Part shown: positions 52,016-64,000 of the stretch, in pieces
How the letters are laid out: the number at the start of each line of letters is the position of its first letter
Position numbering within the stretch: the stretch's first letter is position 1
Assembly (NCBI GenBank): GCA_043228905.1
Contig: JBHGNT010000011.1
Span: 21,948,001 to 22,012,000 of the forward strand
Reading direction: 5' to 3'
DNA: 64,000 nt
From: Azolla caroliniana
Lineage: Eukaryota > Plantae > Polypodiophyta
Notes under the pieces: model-generated
The model's input: only the letters and a program-made list of their open reading frames with translations
Told to the model about the DNA's origin: nothing
Database searches by the model: none
Position numbers and translations under genes: made by a program

Positions 52016-53483
52016 TTTTACTGTTGTGAGTTGAGTTATTCGGGCTAAGGTCTATTTAGCCAAACCGTAATCACTCCTCCTTTTGTACATGTTGTGTGGA
52101 CTTCTCAATTAACTGAGGCATGGTTACTACCACCATGTGTAATGCTTGTCTTTTATACGTGAGTATGCTTGACATTTAAATGTTTATAAGAAATAAATTG
52201 GCTTCTTAAGTACATAGTGAAGTAATGATAAAAGGTCTTCATATAGAGCCTCTTGTCGGTAACACTTTGGTCTCTATAGAACACAATGTTCATAACTTTT
52301 CGGAAGCTTTGGAGTTGCATTCCAATCTTTCGATTGATAGATTGCAGGATAATTTGGAAGTTTTCTCCCCGTTTGTTGGTTGTTTTCCTCTACTTTGGAT
52401 GCATATAGAATCGTTTCCTTAGCTCATTTAAACGAAGGTTTCATGGCTAGCCATTGTCTTAGACAAGACATGCTTGGGAAGGATAGTCGCTTCCTTTCCA
52501 TCTATTTTGTATGTTGTAGTTGACATGCCTCTTTTTAAACTAATGGAAGGATATTTTGTTTTGAAAAAAAATACCTTCTTAATTAGAGGTGTCATAAAGA
52601 AGCATGAGTAAGAGTTCAAGAGATCAGTATCATATTTGAAGGGAATAAGAGCTTAATAGAGGAATCTAAAATTTAGTTTTGATAGCGGGAGATGCCCTCC
52701 TACCTAGCATATGAGGGTTCACTTGCGTGTCTATTGCACTCTACATAGAGATTGTTTAACTAGTCATGAGGCCCACTAAGTTAGGATTGCCCAATATTTG
52801 AGAGATTCCGATCAATGCATTGTAGATGGCATCATATCTATAACCTTGGGGTTAGAGGATAAGAAGTGGTTCACAGTAGATGAAGTATGCCATGTGCTTC
52901 AACTATCCAGAACTTGTTGCCTATAAATAAACTAGATGAGGTTGGATATTATGTGGTATTCACTAAGTGGACATTCAAGAATTCGAAGGGCAATTTCATA
53001 GGTGCAAGTGGCAACAAGTTTGCATTATCATATCCATTATACAACTTTTAAGATTGTACTAATTACAAATTATAGACTATATTGTGGCTTGGACGGTTGA
53101 GTTGTGTGTCAAAGTCTAGAATGAAGTTACTATCAAATTTTGGTCCTCAAATTGTTGATCTCATACAGTAGGTTGATTGAGGATCATGATGCATGAAAAC
53201 CATATGGTGCTAGACGAAGCTTCCACATCATTGGAATGAAAATGCCTACATTAGGGCAAAATTAGTGTGTAGAGGCAAATGCGTGCATATGCGTATGCAA
53301 ATGAATTTTGTAAGCTTTTCATTGTGGTCAACCTTCAATGGGAGGTTGTTGCGGATATTATACTAGAGGGAAAGATCAAGTGCAATGGCTTAGTGTGAAA
53401 CCACCAAGTCCAAAGTATAAAAAGGAGAAACTTACACCTTGGAGGGATGGATTACTGTTTGACGTTTGAACAAAAACACATAA

Positions 53484-54114
53484 GAGAGAAAGAAAGAAAG
53501 AAAGATATATTAACGTCTTCTAAGGCCAAAATTGGCCCATGAGACAAATGGTTTACAAAAAAATGGGATATTTACCCATTCATGGAAAGTAAAAATAAAA
53601 ATAAGATAAAAATAGAGTTTAAGCTAAATAGTTCTAAGAAAATAACAAACCTGTTCTATATAAAAAACATGTTCTACAATGAAAATGATGTTAAACTAGG
53701 CCTAATTTCATTTCCATCCAAGTCTCTCGAAGAGACGCAGGAAGTCAAAGGATTGTGATGTGGATGTGGCCCGTGGTCCCAATGTAAGAGATACCCCAAC
53801 CATAGCTTCTAGTCGACGTAGTTCATGTTCCCTTATCTTCTTCATCTTTTCTACTCCACGTCGACTTGTTTTGAAGCCCAACATCCGAGGGCGTTTGGTT
53901 GTTCTTGGCATTTTTGCTTCCTCAAGGGAGAGGCCGAGCGACGTAAGTGTATCCACATTCATCGTCTCCCCTTGTTCCTGAAAAATTACACTAGTTACAT
54001 GTTGATGAATAGTAAAAGGGTTATGGTTAACACTTTGTAATTTATTCTCCCTATATTGTTTTAGTTCTAAGATATACCTACCTAGTCTCTTTACACTCGG
54101 GGTATCTAATAGTT

Positions 54115-54115
<1 letters not shown>
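53484..54115 (-). mobile_element. 5'-truncated LINE copy D, divergent subfamily, with (TTTC)n tail
   Basis: Same terminal motif GAAAGATATATTAACGTCT. RLGRYILELKQYRENKL resembles RLGLFLLELKRHREKL. The 5' end abuts (GA)n. Confidence 0.75.

Positions 54116-54173
<58 letters not shown>
54115..54173. repeat. (GA)n microsatellite
   Basis: Read directly from sequence. Confidence 0.9.
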
Positions 54174-54174
<1 letters not shown>

Positions 54175-54849
54175 ATTCTCGGTTTGTGCATGTCATCCTC
54201 ACGCAGGGGCCATGCTAATCTTCGCTATATCGTTCCAATTTTATCAGATGTCCTTGAAGGGAGAGAGAGAAATATCTTTTATATTGTGGTGCATCTAATT
54301 GTGAATAGAGAATCCTTGATCTTTGGTATTTTGTGATTAATCTGATGTAGGCTAATACTAGTTTTGATTGTTTCCTTTGGTCATGTTGTGGATTCATCTT
54401 AGTAGGATGTACAACCATGTGGTTGGGTTGTCTAATCCCAACAAATACTACCTAGCTAGTCCTATAGGCTTGAGTTCAAACTTCATCGTGTGAATAAAAC
54501 AAAATGAGTGTGAGAGAGAGAGAGGGGATGGGGAGTGGGATAGCACGAGTGTGTGTGAGAGACGGAAGTTTGATCTTGATCGGCATGTGAATATAGGCTA
54601 TGGTCATGACTCATGAGTCTTGGTTATGTCCTGAAGGAGGTAGAGGAGGAGGAGGGGTCTCCTCCGATCCGATCCGATCGGCTACGCTAAAGAGGTTAAA
54701 AAGTTTGATAGGCTTCTTCGTGCTCTGTGAACCTACCCCATGATCCATGCATTCCTACACACACCAATATATATGTATAATGTATGTATATGTACATACT
54801 GTGTACATATTGTATCCATCCATCCCTTCGTTCATTCATACATTCTCAT

Positions 54850-55137
54850 TCATTGTGTGATGTGATTGTTCTTCTTCCTTTCTCTCTGAAGAGAAAGAAT
54901 TGTGCCACCGAAAGGATAACCAAGAACGAAGTACGACATCACCGCCACAGCTCTTAAAAATGAAGAAGAAGAAGCATCAGCTGAACAAGAAGAATATGAA
55001 AATCTGACAGCGGAGATAGGTAGCTGCATCTTCATCATCAGCAGGAGCAGGAGCAGAAGAAGAAGAATATGAAAGTTTGACGCCGGAGATAGAGAGCAGC
55101 AGCAGCCTATGGTAGCAGAAGGAGAAAAGGAAACCAT
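54850..55137 (-). CDS. Candidate small secreted protein (95 aa), unverified
   Basis: ATG in good context (gctccATGg), Leu9 hydrophobic stretch followed by an ISA-VR cleavage-like site. No recognised family. Confidence 0.3.
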   Translation of the reverse strand: MVSFSPSATIGCCCSLSPASNFHILLLLLLLLLMMKMQLPISAVRFSYSSCSADASSSSFLRAVAVMSYFVLGYPFGGTILSLQRERKKNNHITQ

Positions 55138-57182
55138 GGAGCAAAGGTAAGGAAGAAAGAGGAGAGCTTTCCGGGCATTTCCATCTCTGCTACACCGACC
55201 AACCCATCTCTTTAAGCATAATTTTGCAAACTAAGGAATGAAGAAACAAAACAAATGAAGAAAGAGGAGAGTATTTTGGCAATGATGATCCCTGTTGCTC
55301 CCACCAAACCATCTCCTTAATGATCAGGGTGCGAACCTGATCAATATTTCCATGATCAGAATCATAATGATAACCATAGTCATCATCATTGTTGCCACAA
55401 ACCAGAATTCTGATACACTCTCCAATCATACTCCTTATGCAGGAGAGCTTTAAGGGGAGGAACCTGGGAAAGTATGCAACTGCAACCTAGAGGAAGAAGA
55501 AGAAGATAGACTCAATGAATGGCCAAGATTCCGTCCATCATTTTGCCCATTGCACCATCGTATCTTCTTTCAGATCCCTTGCTACATCTGACTCCTGGAT
55601 TTTTTCATTCTTTCCATCCATTTCAGCAAAAAGGTACAAAACCTCTGAAAATTGCCTTATTTTGTAGGTTTTTTGGGGAAGAGAAATTACCAGTTTTTTT
55701 TCTTGAAAACTAGCACGATGTGGATTTCCATATAAAAGCACATCAACTTGATCTTCTCTTGTCTGCTGGAATCAGAAGATTTGGTAGACTCAATTGTCCT
55801 CGGAAATTTTCGAATTCATTTAGGAATTAGATCTTTGGTTCAAGAAAGGCTGCCGAGATCTTATTAATGGAGATAGACATACTTTTAGGAGCTTTTAATG
55901 ATACAAAATACTTTGTTGGTATGAAGATTAGAGAACTATTCGACCAAGGTTGTCAGAGGAGATGCTTTTCTCTATGAAGATGCACTTATCTGGCCGTATA
56001 ATGGCTCCTTCAGAGATTCCCTCCGGGGAGAAAGAGAGCCATATGATGTGCTACTGTTGGCTCAAGATTTATTACATGAATGTCATCTGTGTTTAGGATA
56101 CTATCAATGCTCCGACAAATGTCAACCTCAAGATCAAGATCAAGAGGAGTTTTATCTTTTTAATTCTTTACATGAGTTTAACTTATTTCCATGGATCTGG
56201 AGGAGCTAATGACTACGTCTGGTATTCTATTCATGGTTCCTTGTCACTTCCCTTTAGTGGGTCTGGTTTGAGGTCTGCATGGGAGCTCTATTGAGCACCT
56301 TTTGACTGGTTGGCCATCAGAGAATCAATAGGTATGATCAATAAAAAAATCCTTTCTTGAGTAATGGTTCTTTGCGAAACATCTCGTTTCCCTTTGGTGT
56401 GTTCGGTTCAGTTCGAGGTCTGCATGGGAGCTCTATTTAGCACCTTTTGGCTGGCTGGCCGGCCATCAGAGGATCAATATATATGGTTGATAAAAAATAT
56501 ATATTTCTTGGGCTCTGCCATTCTGGAAATTGGGGGCCACTGGAAAAGATTCTCATGGTTCTTGAAACTTTCCTTCCTGGGCATCACAAAATCCATTAGT
56601 GGAATTGGCCTCGTTGCTCCAATATCCACATCCCTTGTACTAGTGCCTCTTGACTTGACACTGGGAAGAAGAGCCTCACAGAGCTCAGTAAGCCATGTTA
56701 AGATACGGATATAATTGCTTTATAGTTGTTTACATTATAGTGGTAAAACCATTAATGCAGGAGAGGAAATATAGATGAGGCTATAATGTTCTGAGAAGTG
56801 AGTCTTAAAGATTGCTCTTCAGATAACTACAAATTTAGTAGTACATGTTTTATAAAACTGGGCGGATTGACTATGCAATTGAGCTCTTCTAAGAGGTACT
56901 AATAGCTCGCGGTGTAGTGCTTGGAGTTATGGTACTTATGTAAAGAAACTCACACTGTATGATCCAAGCTTGATGTTATCATTAAATCCATCTCTGATGG
57001 ATAAAGAAATGATCAGTAAACATATTCACGTGGATAAAGTTGCCTTAGATACTATGATGGATTTTTTAGAGAGAGGTGGTAATATCTTTTGAGCTCTTTA
57101 GGCTAACTTAAGAGTGTGGTTTTATGTGCAATAAAGTAGCATCCACCTCCCTTAGTCTTCCGATAAGTCAAAAAAAAACAGT

Positions 57183-58975
57183 AGAAAGAAAGAAAGATAT
57201 ATTAACGTCTTTTGAGAGGCCAAAATGGCCTATAAGAACAAACAAGAGATTACATCTTAAGTGTTGTCCCGTCAGTAAATATAAAAATAAATAAGAAAAA
57301 ACAGATGAGGGAATCTAGTTTTTGGCACATGTGAGATTCTCATGTTAGAAATATTGTAAATTGTCTTCGAAAGATCTCTAGCATAGGTCGATCCAGCATG
57401 GAGAGGTCTCCGAAGCAAGGGAAGCACCTGCGATGGCAGGAGATAATGGTCTTTATTTGTCGATGACAAGGGTGCTGTGGACGTGGTCCATGGGGTCAGG
57501 GCCTACGTGCACGGCAAATTGCTATTGCCCGATCTATTGTAACCCCTTTGTTATGTCCTGGTCGGTAGCCCATTTGTGTATCCCTTGATTGACCCATATC
57601 ATTAGTAGGAGTGATGGGGCTAAAGAAAGTTGTGATTGTCCTTTGTGCATGAGCTTGTGTGGCTGTATTATTGTCCTTTAACAACTTTTCCCTATGTCTC
57701 TTGAGTTCTAGCAAGAAAAGTCCTAGGCACTATTGGTCCTCATTTTCCATTACAGTGCGTAGTGGGCCAAAGCTTTGTTTAAAGAGGCAACGGTATCTCC
57801 CTCTGATTTCATAAAAGACACTACAGTGACAAACATAGTGTTCTTTAGAATCCACTCCTTGATGACACAATTGGCAAATTCTTTCTTCTATCAGTATACG
57901 TTTATATCTGCCTACCTCAGTCTCTAATTGATGTGATGAAGTTCTCAGCTGCCCTATCACATTGCACAACACATAGAATAGATGTATGACCATATAAGGT
58001 GGCCTGATGATGAATCCTTCCTCTGATGTGTGTAAGAAGTGTGTCTTGTAGTGGGCCATCTTCGTACCAAGTGAAATTTTGGGGCTGATCCATGTTATCT
58101 TGTTTTCCAAGTTAATAATATCAGTTCGGATCACTCTATTCGTTTCCACTTCGGTCATATTTAGATGGGGAGAGTCCAAGCTATATTGGAATGGGGGTAG
58201 TGCATTTATACTCATGCCATGCGACTCGAACCATTGCTGCATTTCAGCATACCAACAATGAATGTCTCCATTTTCAGCCAGTTGTCTTGATGACATAAGT
58301 GCCAACCTTGGGTACCTTCGTTTCGGGAGCTCCCAAAGATGTTGGATACATGTCACTGATAGGGACAATGCCTCGGTGATTATAGGTGCTGCTCCCATCT
58401 CTGCCCGGATTATATCATGGGCCACTGATGCTTTGGTCCTGATCATGTGAGCAATCATTGACACTAGTGGTCTCTCAGTGTATCAAATAACCACAACTTA
58501 GTTCGTGGCTCTTGGAACTGCAAATGTGCACATTGTCTCTCGAGAGCACCAAGGGCTGCATATCCATGAGAAAGTCGGGCACAAGCAGCCTCCCGTACGG
58601 AGAACCTAGGCCCTGTAAATGTTACTCCTAGGTATGTGTAGGAGTGTGTGTATATTCCACCTTTTCCTCCCCCAAGAAGAATTATGGTTCTGATCTAGTT
58701 ACCCATGTTTGAGTGGTTTTGAACACCATCACTTTAGTTTTATCCATGTTTATTGACAGACCTTTGTTAGTACAAAATAGTTTTAAGGCATTGAGATGTC
58801 TTGGTAGGCTCTCTGGAGAGTCAGAAATCAGCACAATATCATCAGCATATAGTAATATTTGTATAACTATACCTGCTAGGCATGCTCCCAAACTTCTGAA
58901 TCTCTCTATGTAATGAGATACCTCATCTATATAGAGACCGAATAGAGTGGGTGATAGTAGAGTGAAGAATATGAA
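57183..58975 (-). mobile_element. LINE (RTE/RTEX-like) copy C, 5'-truncated within RT
   Basis: LSPTLFGLYID, ILLYADDIVLIS, INMDKTKVM, ERICQLCHQGVDSKEHYVCHC, and a (TTTC)n 3' tail. Contains stops, frameshifts and an apparent internal deletion near 58470. Confidence 0.9.
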
Positions 58976-59569
58976 GTGTTTAGTTCGCTGAAAATATTCC
59001 AAGCAGGATATGACAGCATTCAATAGAATTAAATAGGTTCTGTTGGGATGAGAGCAGAGAACATCAGTATGATCCTTAGAGAGCTACATATTGCAAGTAG
59101 AGCTACATATCATATGCATTGATTGACGGGCTCAGCAAGAATAATAGAGGATATTTTGTTGTATTGGCTATAAATTAAATGAAAGGGATGGACTCAATCT
59201 GAACATTTCTATCTATTGAAGCTTAGTTAGTAAACTTGTGAAAGTTTGAAGCTTAGCTGACATTTAAAATCTAGTCAATGACATGGTGATGAGAGATTAT
59301 GGTTGAAATGTCCTTCAAATTTAATGCCCTTCTATAATGTAAGCAATGTAATGAAATTGAATCTATAAAATGACCAACTGCAATCTTCAATTGATGGTTT
59401 AGCAATGAGAGCCTTTCATAATAGAAAGCTTTGGTCAAGGAAGAGATGTCAATAGGAATCTTCCTTTATCTGATGCCTATCAGCTTTTTAAAAAATTCTT
59501 GGAGATTGGGCTACCCAAGATTTGCCTTGACAATTGAACATCACCTTTTGAGAAGATCCACTCAATGTC

Positions 59570-59812
59570 CCAAACACAGACCCAAAGGAAGACAAAACGA
59601 AAAGAACTGAAGGGAATGCTAGGGGATTACAAAAGAATAAGTCTTCAATATTATTGTCCTAAATATACAATCTTTTTAGTTGGTGATGTATATAAAGGCC
59701 CAAACATAGACCCAAAGGAAGACAAAACGAAAGAACTGAAGGCAACGCTGGGGGAGTACAATGGAATAAGTCCTTGAAGGGAGCAACTTCAAATTGACTG
59801 TCCTAAATATAC
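59570..59812. repeat. Imperfect tandem duplication, unit about 131 bp
   Basis: CCCAAACA(C/T)AGACCCAAAGGAAGACAAAACGAAA...TGTCCTAAATATACAA occurs twice. Confidence 0.75.
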
Positions 59813-62377
59813 AAAGATCCAAGACTATTGAAATTGAAATATCAAGAATGCTGTGAAAGCCAATTGTTCAGCTGGATTCAAGAACAATCTTGACCCAATT
59901 GAAACGGGAAAGAGACAAGGATCAAGTTTAGAGCATCTGCATTTGTAATCAATGAAAAATTGATGTGTGCCATAATGTTGAGGGCCAAAACACCAAGAGT
60001 ACAAGTATCCGATGTTAGATTAGGTTGTGAGAAGCCTATGTCGGGCATGGTTCAAGAGCTACCCCGATCTGCAAGAGATAGGGACGGCCTCTGACAGGTC
60101 CGTAAGAGTTCATTAATGAGAATGTTGAAGATAGCAAAAAGATCGAAGAACAAGTCTGGAGTGCTCACCATAAGTTCAAGAGTCAAGAGCTTTCGCATAT
60201 TGAATGACAATATAAACAAGCCTAGGTTCAAATGTGGCGCACCAAAATATGGAAAAGTGTATTCTTTAGTGCAAATCTGCATGCAAGAATGGAGTTAGAG
60301 CTTGCACCCAACTGGGATAGAATTCATACAAGTTATAAAGCATCCTTAGACTCATTGGTAGAAACACCTAGCAGCTTGGAAAAAACATCGCAAGATTTAT
60401 TCAGTGAAAGGGTATGCTCAGGCAACTTGAAAAGAAAACATGTGTCGAAAGATTGAAAATATTGGTAGAAATAACTAAGTGTTAATCATGATACAAGCGT
60501 TGAGAACTCCCATGGCTGTGATGACCATGGTCAAACCATCACTCGAAACCCGATAAAAAAGAAGAAGAGAGTGTTAAATATAAACTTAAATTAAGTGTAT
60601 AATATCGTACACCAATTAAAAAAAAACTCGAGTCTATAACAATAACAACCTTGTTAACGTCTGGAACTTGCAGTAGCTATAGAGATTGGGATAAACTAGG
60701 AACAAAGTAACATCACTTTAAATAAAGGCTTGTGAAGTAAATGGAGTAAGACCAATACATGCATGGTTTCCAATGATGGAACGATGGGGTGAGAAATCCA
60801 CTGGGAAATCTCAAGCAGTACAAACTATTGTACATGACCCACCAGATGTAGACAATAAATCAGGAAGTGATGATAACAGAAACAGATCAAGAGATTCATG
60901 TTTCTAATGGAAGAGGGAAGTAAAAACACCAACATCAGAAAAGAGAAACCCCAGTGAATAGGTTCACCAGGTTCACTAGATGAAGTATAATATGGGCATA
61001 GAGTCTAACTACAAAATGAAAATTTATTAAAATCTATGCATTCACTTGGAGTAAGAGTTTACACTCGAGCATGCACCCAAAATGAAGAGCACCTATAATG
61101 AGAATGTGTTTTTGAAGTTGGACCATCTTTGGAAGTGAGATGATAATTACATGGCCTTGCAATAGTGCTGGCCACCCTATCCCAGTATTATATTTCCTGC
61201 TACCTGAACTGAGGTCACTAATTGTAGCTTTGTTGACTTGATTTTGGATTCGTAGGACTTTAGAAGCGCCTGAGAGCATGGGTGTGATCTAACGTCATCT
61301 TCTAGGACACAGGAGATTTCTGTTAATATCTATTCAGAGTGAGGGAATCTACTCGGAATAAGAACATTTATCAGAGCAAAGCATATCTACCCAAATCAAA
61401 GCAAATGCCCAGAGTATTTATCGAGAACAGCTACGTAAAATGAACTATCTACCTGAATACAAGAAGAATCCTATACCAAATTGGAACCAAAGAGAGGAGT
61501 AGTTGACTCTTGGTAATTCCAAAAGAGGATATGGAATGAAGATGTGATCCTACTTATGCTATTACTTATCAAGTTCAAAATGGATAGGCCATAATGATAT
61601 GTCTTGCTGGCAAACGTTTTAGCATATTTTCAATATTCATGAAGACTATGCACGAAGAGGATTGATAGGTCTCAATATGTATATGAGGGAATCCTTCTTA
61701 GTTTCAATGATGGTAACAAGACATTCTCTTAGGAACAAAATAATAATGTTAGCCTTAAGATGCATATATTCATACAGTCACATAATAATGGTTACACTCA
61801 ACAATCTGATGGAGATCCATTGATCTTGGAGTAATGAATTACTGTCAAATGACAAATATGATTTAATAAATATTGTACTCTAGCGGTATTTGTACCTTTA
61901 CCTTTCTTGGTTTTTTGTGTGTTTTAAACGAGTGGTCTTCTGGAAATTGCGACAAAGAATATTCCAAAGAATATTCCAATCAAGTTGCCTTTGATGCATT
62001 CCAATGACATATGGAAGGCTAAGAATGGTATACTGACTTCTGATTACAAATTCAATAAATACAAGTATCGTCGAGGACCTTGTCAAGCATCAACAATGGC
62101 ACTATGTGTCACCACATTGACATCAAATACATCTTGACACTAAATTGTGAAGGAAAATACTAAGCTCATCCACAAGTATAAGGATCGATTAAATTGGTTT
62201 GCAAGTAACTATCCTAATAAGCTATGGATACCATGGCTTGATTGTATGCTTATTATCCGTTTGATCATTTGTGTCTATATGCATTTGTTACAAGCTTGCC
62301 AATAAGCATCTATATCACCATTCATTTCTCAATGTATTATGGGGTCATCTACAAGCTCTAGCAATGTGGATCTCCAA

Positions 62378-62580
62378 TACTAATCACATTGATATTGCTT
62401 CTTGATTTGTATTGACCCTAAATATCAATAAGCACCGAGTGTAATAATGAAGATCTCAATAACTAATCACATTGATATTGTTGTCACATTTGTATTGACC
62501 CCAAATATCAACAAACACCGAGTGCTGGAATATATACAACGATATTGCCTTCACATTTGTATTTACCCCAAATAACAAGC
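62378..62580. repeat. Degenerate tandem repeat, 2-3 units of about 70-82 bp
   Basis: ACTAATCACATTGATATTG...TTTGTATTGACCC..AAATATCAA recurs. Confidence 0.65.
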
Positions 62581-63687
62581 TCTAAGTGTTCCAAATCATG
62601 TTATTTCCCTGAACAACCATTGCATAGACCTACATCATGAAGGCTAAGAACAATGCCACAATCCCAATCATCATCTTCAAAGAGTACTCATCAAACACAT
62701 TGTTACCATGACTAGTTGCAATCAATTATCTACATTTAGACATTATCTTCATTAGGTACTCATTAAACATATCATCACCATGATTACATGCAACCACTTC
62801 TCAACATTCATTCTAATCCATCAACCATCCATTCTAATTTTAATGTAGCATGAATGTAGAAAACTTTTAAGTAACTGCAAAACAATACTTTGGAAGTTAA
62901 AGAAACAAGACAATTATTAGGTTATGAATGCCCCAATCCAAAAGGGATTGGAATTACAAGGTGTCAGTATGAAAATAAATCAAATGAAACTTATGAGTGT
63001 AAAGTACGTTCTCAAAGGAAAAAACCAATTTGATTGAGCATCGGAATATGTTAGGATGAGATACCCATGGCACTAAAACAATGAAGAAAGTGGGCTTGTG
63101 TATGTTATGGAAGCATGTGAAGGGAATATTATTGTATCAAACATTATTGATCAATGATCCCTCTTTAGTATCATTATTGTCTAGACTCTAGAATTTGTGT
63201 CAATCTTTAGTGGCACCAAATGGTTATCTATTTATCTCAAGCGTATGGCAACCAATGCATCATTCTCCATCTTAACTTGGTAGTGATAAATGAAAAAAAT
63301 AACTTGTCAAAAGTTGAGCATCCGTCAGCATTCTTAACATTGTGCATTACAACCACATAGGTATACAATATGCATTCTGTTAATTCTCTTCGCCTATTCA
63401 TGAAGGTATACACCGATTTGCATATAACCCCCCCAAAGTACTTGGGATATCTTTCTCTACTCAAGAAGAAGACAATGTAAGACCATGTCCACTTGTTATA
63501 AATTGGATTTCTTATCAAATTGCCTTGTGATAGTCTATTATAAAATGTTATAATAAGCATATACACATTTCGTTGAGAAAATATGTTATACTAAGCATAT
63601 ACACTATCATCGAGAGAACGATGGTTTTTAATACAAAAAGAATAAAAATTTTAAGTGACATCACAATATACATGGTACCATTAACGG

Positions 63688-63909
63688 CTAGGAAACGTAT
63701 AATTCGGCTTGGTTTTCCAAGAACAGACTCATGAACTCTTCACCATCCACACTCTCCTTCTCCAGCAACAAATCAGCCAACTTATGCAAGATGTCGATGT
63801 GTTTAGTGATGATATCTGTTGCTCTCACATATGCTTTCTCAACAAGCTCCCGCACTTCGGAATCGACTATATCCGCAGTTGCCATAGAGTAGTCAGATTG
63901 TTGAGAGAC
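63688..63909 (-). CDS. FtsH: Chloroplast FtsH protease (FtsH1/FtsH5 type), last exon; the gene continues beyond the window
   Basis: VSQQSDYSMATADIVDSEVRELVEKAY...ILHKLADLLLEKESVDGEEFMSLF...AELYVS*. Acceptor tttcatAG at 63911-63910. Confidence 0.93.
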   Translation of the reverse strand, partial: VSQQSDYSMATADIVDSEVRELVEKAYVRATDIITKHIDILHKLADLLLEKESVDGEEFMSLFLENQAELYVS

Positions 63910-64000
63910 CTATGAAAGAAACGCCCATTTAGTATCAAAAGAAACCTGGATAGAGTAAACGCATTATCATTGATTGCTAGCTAGTTAGTGAAAACAAATA

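Noticed and set aside
55160-55452. miR319/159-like GGAGAGCTTT pair
   Set aside because: The two copies are direct rather than inverted, and no mature miR319 sequence is present.

Overview
AT-rich, transposon-laden plant nuclear DNA. The large TE-filled introns and abundant (GA)n/(TA)n tracts are fern-like, but the taxon is an inference. Five host genes are visible: (1) the last two exons of a GT32 alpha-1,4-glycosyltransferase (+, 6603-7151), whose upstream intron holds nested Ty1/copia elements; (2) a 10-exon MTM1/SLC25A39-like mitochondrial carrier (+, 12305-20331); (3) a 2-exon TMK-type LRR receptor kinase (+, 25175-28677); (4) a SHI/STY (SRS) transcription factor (-, 37882-36232) with an unusual 5' end; (5) the last exon of a chloroplast FtsH1/5 protease (-, 63909-63688). 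Mobile elements include copia LTR elements, two hAT MITEs with perfect 8-bp TSDs, and several copies of an RTE/RTEX-like LINE with (TTTC)n tails and a shared 3' stem-loop. The best leads are the SHI 5' architecture (168 open, ATG-free in-frame codons plus a uORF whose stop overlaps the first in-frame ATG), the LINE 3' stem-loop, and a candidate small secreted-peptide locus near 55 kb. I found no clearly novel multi-gene system, no RNA genes and no CRISPR array. All gene models are by eye, with no database searches.
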